From: Malacoraja senta
Lineage: Eukaryota
Assembly: GCA_038087875.1 (NCBI GenBank)
Contig: CM075994.1
Span: 10,480,001-10,544,000 of the forward strand
DNA length: 64,000 nucleotides
Direction of reading: 5' to 3'
A model generated the notes under the pieces. It saw nothing but the letters and a program-made list of their open reading frames with translations, made no database searches and was not told the DNA's origin. Within the stretch, counting starts at the first letter, position 1, and every line of letters begins with the position of its first letter. Position numbers and translations under genes: made by a program. Positions 39,301 to 52,747 of the stretch are shown piece after piece.

Positions 39301-41926
39301 GTGACAAGTTGTGTGTGAGATTCAAAGTGTGGGTGTTCGTAAGCATGTGTTTGAGATTGGTGTGTGTGTGTGTGGGAGTGAGACTATTTGTGTGCATGTG
39401 TGTGAGACCCAGATTGCTGCAGTAACGCAGTGGGTCAGGCAGTATCTCTGGGATTGGAGCAGCTGGGCTTGTACACTCTGGAGTTTAGAAGGACGACAGG
39501 AGATCTGATTGAAACATATAAGATTATTAAGGGTTTGGACCCGCTAGAGGTAGGAAATGTTCCCAATGTTGGGGGAGTCTAGAACCAGGGCCACAGTTTG
39601 AGAATAAGTGGTTTAAAACAGAGATGAGGAAAAACTTTTTCACCCAGAGAGTTGTGAGTCTGTGGAATTCTCTGCCTCAGAAGGCATTCAAGTCAAGTCA
39701 AGTCACATTTATTTATATAGCACATTTAAAAAACATCTCTCGTTGGCCAAAAAGAGGACGTCAGGAAAGGCTTGGGAGTATAGATAAGTTTTTAGTCTTG
39801 ACTTAAAAGAGTCGATGGAGTGCGCAGTTCTGATGGGAAAGGGGATGCTGTTCCACCGTCTAGGGGCTGCAACCGCTTATGCCCAGACAGTGGAGGCCGG
39901 TTCTCTGGATGCGCTTTCAAGAGAGAGTTAGATAGGGCTCTTAAAGATAGCGGAGTCAGGGGATATGGGGAGAAGGCAGGAACGGGGTACTGATTGGGGA
40001 TGATCAGCCATGATCACATTGAATGGCGGTGCTGGATCGAAGGGCCGAATGGCCTACTCCTGCACGTATTGTCTATTGTGTATTTTTTATTGGAAGGCAG
40101 GGAAGGGGTATTGCGTCCAGCACCTTTAAGGTCGGCTGCAGGAGGCACCGGCGGGACACAAAGGCGTTCGGGCGAGGAGAGGGACGTGAGTTGGCGGGCC
40201 GAGCCGAGCCGGTCGATGGTGACGGAGAAGGCCCTGCCGCAGCCTGGGGCTCGCCTGGATCGGGAGCCGCTCTCGTACATCGGACATGTGGGCCGGACTT
40301 TGGACTCTTTAAAACGTTGCCAAAATATGGCGGCTCGTGCAGGTGTGATCTGTGCAAAACAATAGACAATAGACAAGAGGTGCAGGAGTAGGCCGTTCGG
40401 CCCTTCGAGCCAGCACAACCATTCACTGTGATCGTGGGTGATCATCCACAATCAGTTCCCGTTCCTGCCTTCTCCCCATATCCCCTGACTCCGCTATCGC
40501 TGCGCCACCGTGCTAAGAAGCTTGATATTTTGTCGATGCCAGAAATGTGGCGACTCTTTGCGTACTGCCTCGGTGAAGTCTGCTGTATGATATTACTGTC
40601 TTGTATGGAAAAACAAATAATTTCACTGGACCTAGGGGCCTTTGACAATAAAATATCACTGAAACTTGGGTCTCTGGCACTGTGAGGCTGCAGCCCTACC
40701 AGCAGTGCAACTGGGCCAAATTGACTGCTACCCTACAAGTGGATTTGAGTCGTCCTTACTCCAGAGGGGCTGACTAAGGAAAATACCGGGGACTGGATTT
40801 CAATGCCAGTGGGCAAATGCCAGTCCATCATCGGCTCTGACCTCCTCACCATCGAAGGGATCTATCGCAGTCGCTGCCTCAAAAAGGCTGCCAGCATCAT
40901 CAAGGACCCACACCATCCTGGCCACACACTCATCTCTCCGCTACCATCAGGTAGAAGGTACAGGAGCCTGAAAACTGGTACATCCAGGTTCAGGAACAGC
41001 TGCTTCCCCACAGCCATCAGGCTATTAAACTCGCCATCAAACAAACTCTGAACGATAACAGCCTATTGCATTTTATCTGTTTATTGATGTGTGTATAAAA
41101 ACATAGAAACATAGAAAATAGGTGCAGGAGTAGGCCATTCGGCCTTCGAGCCTGCACCGCCATTCAATATGATCATGGCTGATCATCCAAGTCAGTATCC
41201 CGTACCTGCCTTCTCTCCATACCCCCTGATCCCTTTAGCCACAAGGGCCACATCTAACTCCCTCTTAAATATAGCCAATGAACTGGCCTCAACTACCTTC
41301 TGTGGCAGAGAGTTCCAGAGATTCACCACTCTGTGTGAAAAAAGTTTTTCTCATCTCGGTCCTAAAGGATTTCCCCCTTATCCTTAAACTGTGACCCCTT
41401 GTCCTGGACTTCCCCAACATCGGGAACAATCTTCCTGCATCTAACCTGTCCAACCCCTTAAGAATTTTGTAAGATTCTATAAGATCCCCCCTCAATCTCC
41501 TAATTCTAGCGAGTACAAGCCGAGTCTATCCAGTCTTTCTTCATATGAAAGTCCTGACATCCCAGGAATATATATATGGTCTATGCTATGTAGACACACT
41601 GAACTGTTCTGTATTTATGCTTACTATATTCTGTTGTGCTGCAGCAAGCAAGAATTTCATTGTCCTATCTGGGACACATGACAATAAACTCTCCTGACTT
41701 GACTTGATCCATCTCAATCACTGGAGCTGGAGCCAGCCATTCCATGGCTCGCACTGCAGAATGAATTAATAGTGATCCCTGGTAAAAGGATAAGAACAGG
41801 GATGTCAGAAGGAATGGGTGACATTTCAGGTCGAGACCAATCTTCAGAAGTCTGAGTGACTCTAAACGTCGCCCATTTCTTCTCTCCACAGATGCTACCG
41901 GTCCTGCTGAGTTACTCCAGCATTTT

Positions 41927-42820
41927 AACCATATAACCATATAACAATTACAGCACGGAAACAGGCCATCTCAGCCCTTCTAGTCCGTGCCGAACACTTA
42001 CTCTCACCTGGTCCCATCTACCTGCACTCAGACCATAACCCTCCATTCCTTTCCCGTCCGTATACCTATCCAATTTATTTTTAAATGATAAAATCGAACC
42101 TGCCTCCACCACTTCCACTGGAAGCTCATTCCACACAGCTACCACTCTCTGAGTAAAGAAGTTCCCCCTCATGTTCCCCCTAAACTTTTGTCCCTTAATT
42201 CTCAAATCATGTCCTCTTGTTTGAATCTTCCCTACTCTCAATGGAAAAAGCTTATGCACGTCAACTCTGTCTATCCCTCTCATCGTTTTAAAGATATCTA
42301 TCAAGTCCCCCTTAACCTTCTGCGCTCCAAAGAATAAAGACCTATCTTGTTCAACCTTTCTCTGTAACTTAGGTGCTGAAACCCGGGCAACATTCTAGTA
42401 AATCTCCTCTGTACTCTCTCTATTTTGTTGACATCTTCCTATAATTTGGTGACCAAAATTGTACACCATACTCCAGAATTGGCCTCACCAATGCACTGTA
42501 CAATTTTAACATTACATCCAATCTTCCCTACTCCCAATGGAAAAAGCTTATCCACGTCAACTCTGTCTATCCCTCTCATCATTTTAAAGACCTCTATCAA
42601 GTCCCCCCTTAACCTTCTGCGCTCCAAAGAATAAAGACCTATCTTGTTCAACCTTTCTCTGTAACTTAGGTGCTGAAACCCGGGCAACATTCTAGTAAAT
42701 CTCCTCTGTACTCTCTCTATTTTGTTGACATCTTTCCTATAATTTGGCGACCAAAATTGTACACCATACTCCAGAATTGGCCTCACCAATGCCCTGTACA
42801 ATTTCAACATTACATCCAAT
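41927..42820 (-). mobile_element. CR1 LINE (third subfamily) with an internal ~300-bp tandem duplication
   Basis: ORFs 41948-42304 and 42439-42858. Segment ~42222-42520 is repeated at ~42520-42820. (AACCATAT)n tail. Confidence 0.88.
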
Positions 42821-43138
42821 TTTAACATTTTGTATCCATCTTCGGAGTAAACCAACATCTGCAGTTCCTTCGTGCACAGAATAGGGATGTACGGCTGTGA
42901 AGTGCAACTCCTTGAGAGTGGCCCTCGAAAGCCTCTTGTGGAAAGAAGTGTTGCTCAGAAGGAAACTGATGGGGCAGAAAGCAATTCCTTTCCTAACTTC
43001 AGTAAGCATTTTACACTGGGAATTTAATCACAAGAGCTTCTTTGTGCAGCATGGCATTGTTGTCCAGGTGATAACATTATTTATAAAGATGGTGTGGTGA
43101 TATATTACGGCCAGATAAATCCCTCTTATCCCACTTGA

Positions 43139-43349
43139 AGGTAGACAAACATGCTGGAGAAACTCAGCGGGTGAGGCAGCATCTGTGGAGCGAAGAAATA
43201 GGTGACGTTTTGGGTCGAGACCCTTCTTCAGACTGACCCGAAACGTCACCTATTGCTTTGCTCCATAGATGCCGGCTCACCCGCTGAGTTTCTCCAGCAT
43301 TTTTGTCCACCTTCGATTTTTCCAGCATCTGCAGTTCTTTCTTAAACAT
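43139..43349. mobile_element. Inverted pair of Penelope terminal modules with 10-bp TSD
   Basis: TCCCACTTGA at 43129-43138 and 43350-43359. The two arms are reverse complements. Confidence 0.8.
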
Positions 43350-46300
43350 TCCCACTTGAGTTCAGATATGAAGAAGGATCGTTCTAATTTGTAATTTTTT
43401 CAGAATGCCCCGACATATCTGACTCTGCGGGCTTTACCTTACACTAAACGTTATTCCCTTATCATGTATCTGTACAGTGTAAAAGGCTCGATTGTAATCA
43501 ATCATGCATGGTCTTTCTGCTGACTGGATAACACGCAACAAAAGTATTTCACTGCACCTCGATAAACTAGAACTGAACTTTGGAAAGGGGTGTGGGCCTA
43601 GCAACATGGGGTGGGAGACCAATTGATGCTGTTTTCAACCGAAGATAGACACAAAAAGCTGGAGTAACTCAGCGGGTCAGACAGCATCTATGGAGAAAAG
43701 GAATAGGTGACTTTTGGGCTCAGACTGTTCTTCCGTTCCTTCTACTTTTTGGTCATTATTATAGCTGTTTCTGCAAAAATTGCTCAGTTTTGAAGGAATG
43801 AATGAATAAGTTTATTGGCCAAGTATATTCACATACAAGGAATTTGCCTTGGTGCTCCGCCGCAAGCGACAACATGACATACAGTGACAGTTAGGAATAA
43901 CACATTAAACATTAAACATTAATAATAAAACATTATTGTTTAAACATGTGAAATAAATAAAATACCAGAGCAAAAGGAGGCTACAGATTTTTGGTTATTG
44001 AGTTGAGCTCAATCAGCCATGATTGAATGACCGAGTAGACTTGATGGGCCGAATGGCCTAAGTCAGCTCTTAAAGATAGCGGAGTCAGGGAGAATATGGG
44101 AGAAGGCAGGAACGGGGTACTGATTGGGGATGATCAGCCATGATCACATTGAATGGCGGTGCTGGCTCGAGGGGCCGAATGGCCTACTCCTGCACCTATT
44201 GGGTGGTGCCTTGGGACAATCGCCTTGGTGCTCCGCCCACAAGTAACAACATGACATACAGTGACAGTTACGAATGACTCAGAAAACACTAAACATTAAT
44301 AATAATAAAACATTAATGATAAAACACCATTGATCAAGCATGTGAACCAACAAAATACCAGATCAAAGGGAGGCTACACATTTTTGGCTGTTGAGTAGAG
44401 CAACTACTCGTGGATAAAAACTGTTTTTATGTCTGGCTGTGGCAGCTTTGACAGTCCGGAGTCGCCTTCCAGAGGGGAAGTGATTCAAAGAGTTTGTGGC
44501 CAGGGTGAGAGGGGTCAGAGATGATCTTGCCCGCTCGCTTCCTGACCCATAGAGTGTACAGTATGTGTATATTGAACTGAACTGTTCTGTATTTTTGCTT
44601 ACAATATTCTGTTGTGCTGTGCAGCAAGCAAGAATTTCATTGTCCTATCTGGGACACATGACAATAAAACACTCTTGATTTGACCTGTAAATATGACATT
44701 AAAACACTCCTGACTCTTGACTAGTGATAGGGTGGGGGTGAGGAGGGTCTTTGAAAATGTTTACATGTTACGAAGAATTGTCAGGATTTCAAAAGTGCTT
44801 CGGTGGGAGGAACCAAAATGGAAATGAATTTGGTGCTAAAACGCCGGTTTCCCTCAGATTGCCGACCCAACAAGACAATCTTGGTGGCGTCCATTGACTG
44901 CGCCCCCCGAAACTGCGGGAGGGCAAAGGTGAGAACTCTTCTTGTTTGTTCAGACGTTAAAAGTGTGAAGAATTTATCGGAAGTTGATCTCCGGGTGCCC
45001 GTTGGAGGCCAGCCAGAGAGTCTGGCTCAGGGGGAACGCATTAACATTGCTGCCAGATTTGTTAGCAAGATAATGGGTTGGGTCTTTTGAAAGATTGAGC
45101 GGAGGCGCTTTGGAATTTCGTCTTGGTTCCAAGGAAGCCGGATGTTACCGGCTGCGACTTGGAGGCAGGGTCGCTTTGTCCATATCTTAACCAAAGATCC
45201 TAGAGGAGTATCTTTGGTCTTAACCATTTTCCACGCTTCCACCTTGAATTAACTTTGACAATGGGGCACCGACAAACTTGGGGGTTTGATTTTTGAAGTC
45301 GGCCAGTAAATTGAAGGTAGACATAAAAAGCTGGAGTCGCTCGGAGGGTCACAGGCAGCATCTCTGGAGAGAAGGGATGGGTGGTGTTTCGGGTCGAGAC
45401 CCTTCTTCACGATGGCAGTCGGGGACCGATTGAAGATCTGAAAAGGAAGAGGGGGGGGGGGGGGTGAATGGCCAGTTTAAAGGCGAGTTGGTAGAGTTGC
45501 TGCCAAATATCCTATAGCGCGCTATACATACATAGATACATAGAAAATTGGTGCAGGAGTAGGCCATTCGGCCCTTCGAGCCTGCACCGCCATTCAATGT
45601 GATCATGGCTGATCATCCAACTCAGTATCCCGTACCTGCCTTCTCTCCATGCCCCCTGATCCCTTTAGCCACAAGGGCCACATCTAACTCCCTCTTAAAT
45701 ATAGCCAATGAACTGGCCTCAACTACCCTCTGTGGCAGAGTTCCAGAGATTCACCACTCTCTGTGTGACAAAGTTTTTTCTCATCTCGTTCTTAAAGGAT
45801 TTCCCCCTTATCCTTAAGCTGTGACCCCTTGTCCTGGACTTCCCCGAGCTATAGGATGTTTGGTTGCTGCCTCACAGCGCCAGAGACTCGGGTTCGACCC
45901 TGACCTCGGGTGCTGTCTGTGCGGAGTTTGCAACTTCTCCCTGTGACCCCCCGGGTGCTCCGGTTTCCTCCCACATTCATAATCGCAGAAAAAAAAAGGA
46001 AAGATTCAAAAGTCCGATCAAGACCCTTCTTCAGATGTAGAAAGGAACCGCAGGTATATACCTGGTTTATATTGAAGATAGACTCAAAGACCAAGAGTAA
46101 CTTAGCGGGTCAGGCAGTATCTCTGGACAGAAGGAATAGGTGACGTTTCGGGATGACTCCCTTCTTTTGAACTTTTTTTTTCTCGTTTATGATATTGTTT
46201 GAAGAGCACCGTGTTTACATATTCTGTTGTGCTGTTGCAAGTAAAAGTGTCACTGTTCAAAGAGTCAAGAGAGTTTTATTGTCATGTGTCCCAGATAGGA

Positions 46301-47350
46301 CAATGACATTCTCGCTTGCTGCAGCACAACAGAATATGTCAACATAGTACAGAACGGGAGATAAAAGTCCAGTGTAGGGAGAGAGGACAAGAGAGGAAGG
46401 GGGAGAGGAAGGGGAGAGGGAAGAGGGGAGAGAGGAGGGGGAGAGGAGAGGAGGGGGGAGAGTAGAGGAGGGGGGAGAGTAGAGGAGGGGGGGGGGGAGA
46501 GGAGAACCAGGGGCCACGGTCTAAGAATAAAGGGGAGGCCATTTAACACTGAGGTGAAAAAAAAAAGTTTCACCCAGAGAGTTGTGAATTTGTGGAATTC
46601 CCTGCCACAGAGTGCAGTGGAGGCCAAATCACTGGATGGATTTAAGCGAGATAGAGGTCTATTCAAGGGATATGGGCGAGAAGGCAGGCACGGGTTATGA
46701 TTGGGGACGATCAGCCATGATCACAATGAATGGCGGTGCTGGCCGAATGGCCTCCTCCTGCACCTATTTTCTATGTTTCTGTGTAAGGAGGAGGAGAGGG
46801 GATGGGAAAGAGGAGAGAGGAGAGAGGGGGGAGGGGAGAGGGGAGAGAGGGGAGGGCGAGGGGGGGAGCGGGGAGGGGGGAGAGGGGAGCGGGGAAAAGT
46901 GAAGGGGGGAGAGGGGAGCGGGGATATTCCATAGACCAATAAATAAGCAGATACTGTGCAATAGGCTGCTATTGTTCAGAGACATATGACAATTGAGCAC
47001 TCTTGACCGAGGGCTGGCGTGGACTCGGTGGGCCGAAGGGCCTGTCGGCACGGCTGCATCTCTGATGTAAAAGAGGGAGGGGTAGAAAAAGGCTCAGCTG
47101 CAAGCAAGCCCGGGGGAGGGACGGAGAGGAGGGTAACTTGCAAATCGGGATCACTTGATCTGCCTGTTCAAATCAAGGGCGACGTGAACCGTCCAAGTTC
47201 ATTGATTGGGACTGACCCAACGAGGAGGTTGAGTGTTTGCCTGGTTGGTCTGGATCGAGTTGAGTTATCTTACTGCTGTGAACTTCTCCCACCTCTACAA
47301 CCCTCCCCCCACCCCCCCGTATTTTTTTTAATTTCACCCTCCCACCAGTT

Positions 47351-47949
47351 ATGACCAGTCGCATCCAACATGAGATCCACAGGTCCTTTCCACCGCTCTT
47401 CCACGAGCCTCGCCAACAGAGCCAGGAGATGAGCTCTCAGTTGGCGCCGGAGCGGCCCGCCATCGTTCAAGGGCGCCACTGTGGCCCGGCTTTCAGGGGG
47501 GACTGCCAGGGCCACATGGCCCCCGAGTATCGGCTCGGCGAGCCGGGCACGGCGGGGGTCTCGCCCCACCTGCCGAGACCCTGGTACCCCTTCCCCGCCC
47601 CCGACCACTGGCCCCACGGCTCGGTGGTGGCTCGCTACCCCCACGCCCCGCCGGACCCGGGCCGAGAGGAGGACGCGAAGGGAACCGAGGGCAAGTTCCT
47701 GCAGGCCGTGCCGCCCTTGTACAATTCGCCCTGGAGCCCCTGCTACCTGCCGCAGCTGCCGCCGCCTCCCAGCCCGCCCTCCGCTCGCACCGCTGCCGGG
47801 CTGCAGAACATGGGGCAGTCCCCGTCCCCGTCCCCGTCGTCGGAGCACCGGAGCCAGCCGGCCAGCCGCAAATGCGAACCGACAACCTGTCTCCCAGCCC
47901 CGGCGCAGACGAAGGCAACAAGTGGGTCGCTCCGGACGGTGGCAATGAG
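47351..47949 (+). CDS. Class V POU factor (POU5F1/POU5F3 family) exon 1, Pro-rich N-terminal domain, with an apparent 1-bp frameshift near 47880
   Basis: CpG-rich, repeat-free ORF containing GHMAPEY, RPWYPFP (POU5 R/KxWYxF motif) and YNSPWSPCYLPQL. Perfect donor GAG|gtgagt at 47950. Confidence 0.8.
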
Positions 47950-49302
47950 GTGAGTAAAACTCGCCAGATCTGTTTGGGCGAAGGGGCCACGGCGCCCGCC
48001 GCCTCACAGCTCCAGGGATCCGGGTTCGATCCCGCTTTCGGCTGCTGTCTGTGTGGAGTTTGCACGTTCTTCCGGCGACCGAAACCAAACTCGAGACTCC
48101 CAAATTCGAGCGGGGCTGTGTTAATTAGCCTCTGTACAATTGCCCCCCCTCTCTGCGTGCAGGAGTTGATGTGAAAGTGGTTCTAACATAGAACGGGTGT
48201 GAACCAGTGATTGTTGGATGATGGCGTGATCTCTTATTGAATCTTATTAAGGGGATCTTATTGAAACATATACCATTATTAAGGGTTTGGACGCGCTATG
48301 AGGCAGGAAACGTGCTCCCAATGTTGGGGGAGTCCAGAACCAGGGGCCACACAGTTTAAGAATAAGGGGCAAACCATTTAGAACGGAGACGAGGAAACAT
48401 TTTTTCTCACAGAGAGTTGTGAGTCTGTGGAATTCTCTGCTTCAGAGGGTGGTGGAGGCCGGTTCTCTGGATACTTTCAAGAGAGAGCTAGATAGGGCTC
48501 TTAAAGATAGCGGAGTCGGGGATATGGGGAGAAGGCAGGAACGGGGTACTGATTTGTGGATGATCAGCCATACTCACATTGAATGGCCGTGCTGGCTCGA
48601 AGGGCCGAATAGCCTACTCCTGCACCTATTGTCTCGGCGGGCCTGTTTCCACGCTATATCTTTCCACGCAATTTAGAGGCCAATTCATCTACGAGAGACG
48701 TGGTGGGAGGAAATCCACGCGGTCAAAGTGGGACGTGCAAACCGCGCACACAAATATCACCCGAGGTCAGACTCGAACCCGGGTCTCTGGCGCTGAGGCG
48801 GCGGCTTCACCGCCGTGTTGCTGTTCTATTGGTAAAGTTGCCCCATATCCTTATAATAATTCCCCACTAAGGACCTAGATTGACTCGACCTCTACTCGTG
48901 GATTGAGTCCCGTCAGTAGAAGGGTCCCGACCCGAAACGTCACCCGTCCATATTCCCCCAGAGATGCTGCCTGTGCCGCTGAGTTACTCCAGCATTTTGT
49001 GTCTAATATCTTCGCGTTACTCCTGCACCTTGTGTCGAGTTCCAGTCTTGCGCCTTTCTCGCCCCTCGCTTTTTAATCCGTGTTTCTGCAAAACGAAGGT
49101 TTTCCAATATAGCTCGGCATGTATGACAATAATAGACCTAAGGCCGAAACCATTCAACAAAGGGATTAGTTTTAAATCGAAGGTAGATAAAAAAAAATGC
49201 TGGAGAAACTCAGCGGGTGAGACAGCATCTATGGAGCGAAGGAAAAGTACGTTTCTCTCGGTAAATTCTAATTTTCAACGCGTTCAACGTGGAGATATCA
49301 TA

Positions 49303-49400
49303 TTGAGTCTGAAGAAGGGTTTCGGCCCGAAACGTTGCCTATTTCCTTCGCTCCATAGATGCTGCTGCACCCGCTGAGTTTCTCCAGCATTTTTATGTAC
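49303..49400 (+). mobile_element. ~100-bp Penelope terminal mini-insert with hammerhead-like core and 15-bp TSD
   Basis: CGTGGAGATATCATA at 49288-49302 and 49401-49415. Confidence 0.8.
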
Positions 49401-52400
49401 CGTGGAGATATCATACCCTGAATTCGCAGGTGTTTGGGGCTGGGAGATTGCAACCTTCGCGTGGTCCGCCCTGTTTCGACGAATGCAATCAACCTGGCGG
49501 GCACAATCAAATAAAGATCAAATAGAACAAAGTTACCCGTACACCACCCTCCCTCGTCACCAGCGGTGTAGTGGGCTATAGGCGAAGCGGGCGTATAAAA
49601 TCTTCAAAGGCTTAATGTTTAAGAAGGAACTGCAGATGCTGGAAAATCGAAGGTAGACAAAAATGCTGGAGAAACTCAGCAGGTGAGGCGGCATCTATGG
49701 AGCGAAGGAAATAGGCAACGTTTCGGTCTGAAGAAGGGTTTCGGCCCGAAACGTTGTCCATTTCCATCGCTCAATAGATGCTGCCTCACCCGCTGAGTTT
49801 CTCCAGCATTTTTTTAAAATATATCTTCGATTTTTCCAGCATCTGCAGTTCCTTCTTATACATTAAGCCTTTGAAGATTTTATACGCCCGCTTCGCCTAT
49901 AGCCCACTACACCGCTGGTGACGAGGGATGGTGGAGTCCAGGTAACTCTTTGATATGTGTTAAGAAAATCCGCGCACCCAGGGCAGCGAACATTTGTACA
50001 CTTAACGCCGGAGATCAGGATCGAACCCGTGCCGCAAGAACCGCCCTCTTTCCCAATCCTTTCACGTTTTCGAAGATAAGACACAAAATGCTGGAGTAAC
50101 TCGGCGGGACTGGATGCTGCTGCCAGCCCCGCTAAGTTCCTCCGGCATTTTGTGTCTATCTTCGGATTTAAACCAGCATCCGCAGTTCCTTCGTTTAAGA
50201 AAGAACTGCAGATGCTGGAAAAATCGAAGGTGGAGAAAAATGCTGGAGGAACTCAGCGGGTGAGGCAGCGTCTATGGAGCGAAGTCTGATGAAGGGTCTC
50301 GACCCGAAACGTAGCCTATTCACTCCTTCGTTCCATAGATGCTGCCTCGCCCGCTGAGTTCCTCCAGCATTTTTGTCCACCTTCTGCAGTTCCTTCCTAC
50401 ACCTTTCACGTCTTCCACGGATGCTGCCTTTACCAGTTGACATACTCCAGCATTTAGCGCTCCCCACTCTCTCTCTCGCGATATACCCAATTTGGTTGTT
50501 GACTTCATTCAAGTCAAGTCACATTTATTTATATAGCACATTTAAAAAACAACTCTCGTTGGCCAAAATGCTTTACATTTGTTATAAGAAAAGCATAAAA
50601 CAAAACAAACTACATAATATATACATGTAGCCCTCACTCAGAGGATGTCAGGAAAGGCTTGGGAGCATAGATAAGTCTTTAGTCTTGACTTAAAAGAGTT
50701 GATGGAGGGGGCAGTTCTGATGGGAAAGGGGATGCTGTTCCACAGTCTAGGGGCTGCAACCGCAAAGGCACGGTCGCCCCTGAGCTTATGCCTAGACCGT
50801 GGGATATTCAGCAACCCCAAGTCGGCTGATCATTGATGGTGTAGCACAGAAGATGGCCGAGTGGTCAGCGAATTGGCTTCAGAAAATTGGAACCCTTTCC
50901 CTAGTGTGTAGGTCAGTGTTTGTGTAAGGGGTGATCGCTGGGCGGTGCGGACTCGGTGGGCCGAAGGGCCTGTTTCCGCGCTGTATCTCTACAAAGTCTA
51001 AAGAGTGCTCTAAACTTAAAGGAAACAGCTCTCGAAAATTGTCTTCAATATTTTCCTTCCCTGCAACAAAATGAATCAAATAATTCGCTAGGGGATGGAG
51101 ATTAGGAGGAACCTATACTGACGTGATTAAGTTCATAAAATGTAGGAGCGGAATTCGGCCATTCGGCCCATCGAGTCTACTCCGCCATTCGATCACACAG
51201 ATCTATTTTCCCTCTCAACCCCATTCGCCTGCCTTCTCCCCATAACCCCTGACACCCGCACTAATCCAAGAACCTATCAATCTCCGCCTTAGAAATACCC
51301 AATGACCTGGCTTCCACTGTCGTCTGTGATAATGAAGTATGAGCAAGTTGGGCCGAAGGGACAGTTTCCATGCTGTGTGACTCCACGACTCTGGCCCTTG
51401 ATTTTCCATGGTGGATTAAGAAGGGCTGCATTGTCTCCTGTCCCAGGCATTTAGGTCATAAAGGCACGTGATAGGAGTAGCATTGGGCCATTCGGCCCAT
51501 CGAGTCTACTCTGCCATTCAAATCATGGCTGATCTGTCTCTCCCTCCTAACCCCATTCTCCTGCCTTCCCCCCATAACCTCTGATACCTGTACTAATCAA
51601 GAATCTATCTATCTCTGCCTTAAAAAATATATCCACTGACTTGGCCTCCACAGACTTCTGTGGCAAAGAATTCCACAGATTCACCACCCTCTGACTAAAA
51701 GGATTTCTCCTCATCTCCTTCCTAAAAGAACATCCATTCATTCTGAGGATGTGTCCTCTAGTCCTAGACTCTCCCACCAGTGGAAACATCCACTCGTTGA
51801 TTCTAACAATGGATGGTGGTTGAGGGGAATCTGCCATAGATTGGTGATTATTGCTGCTCTCTCTCACCTCGTGAAACTGCAGTCAAAAGTTTTTAAGAAG
51901 GAACTGCAAATGCTGGAAAAATCGAAAGTAGACAAAAAAATGCTGGAGAAACTCTGCGGACGAGGCAGCATCTATGGAGGAAAGGAGTAGGCGACGAAAC
52001 GTCACCTACTCCTTTTCTATCGCGATCTATCGCAGTCGCTGCCTCAAAAAGGCTGGCAGTATCATCAAGGACCCACACCATCCTGGCCACACACTCATCT
52101 CCCTGCTACCTTCAGGTAGAAGGTACAGGAGCCTGAAGACTGCAACGACCAGGTTCAGGAATAGCTACTTCCCCACAGCCATCAGTCTTTAAACTTGGCT
52201 CGGACAAAACTCTGAACATTAATAGCCTATTATATGTTATTTGCACTTGATCAGTTTATTTATTCATGTGTGTATATATTTATATAATGGTATATGGACA
52301 CACTGATCTGTTTTGTAGTCAATGTCTACTATGTTCTGTTGTGCTGAAGCAAAGCAAGAATTTCATTGTCCTATCAGGGACACATGACAATAAACTCTCT

Positions 52401-52747
52401 TGAATCTCGAATCTCTTCTCCATAGATGCTGCCTCACCCACTGATTTTCTCCAGCATTTTTTGTCCAAAGGATTTAGATTTTGTGAATCTTCCTCCCTGC
52501 CCCCACCTCCTTCGTGATCAGTGGATGTGCTCCAACCAGATTCCAAAGGATGTTTGACGATCCCTGTTCTGGGAGGGGTGGGACGTTAGTGGGCGACTGC
52601 AGTGCATTTGGGAGTGCCATTGACTCTCAGCCCAGGTTCGATCCTGACCTCGGGTGTTGCCCGTGTTGAGTTTGCATGTTCTCCCTGTGGGTCTCCCACA
52701 ATCCGAAGACGTGTGATTAATTGGCTTATGGAAAATGCCCGATAGAG

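Noticed and set aside
47270..48103. 277-aa antisense ORF over POU5 exon 1
   Set aside because: Expected from high GC content. It starts in a SINE and has no recognisable domain.
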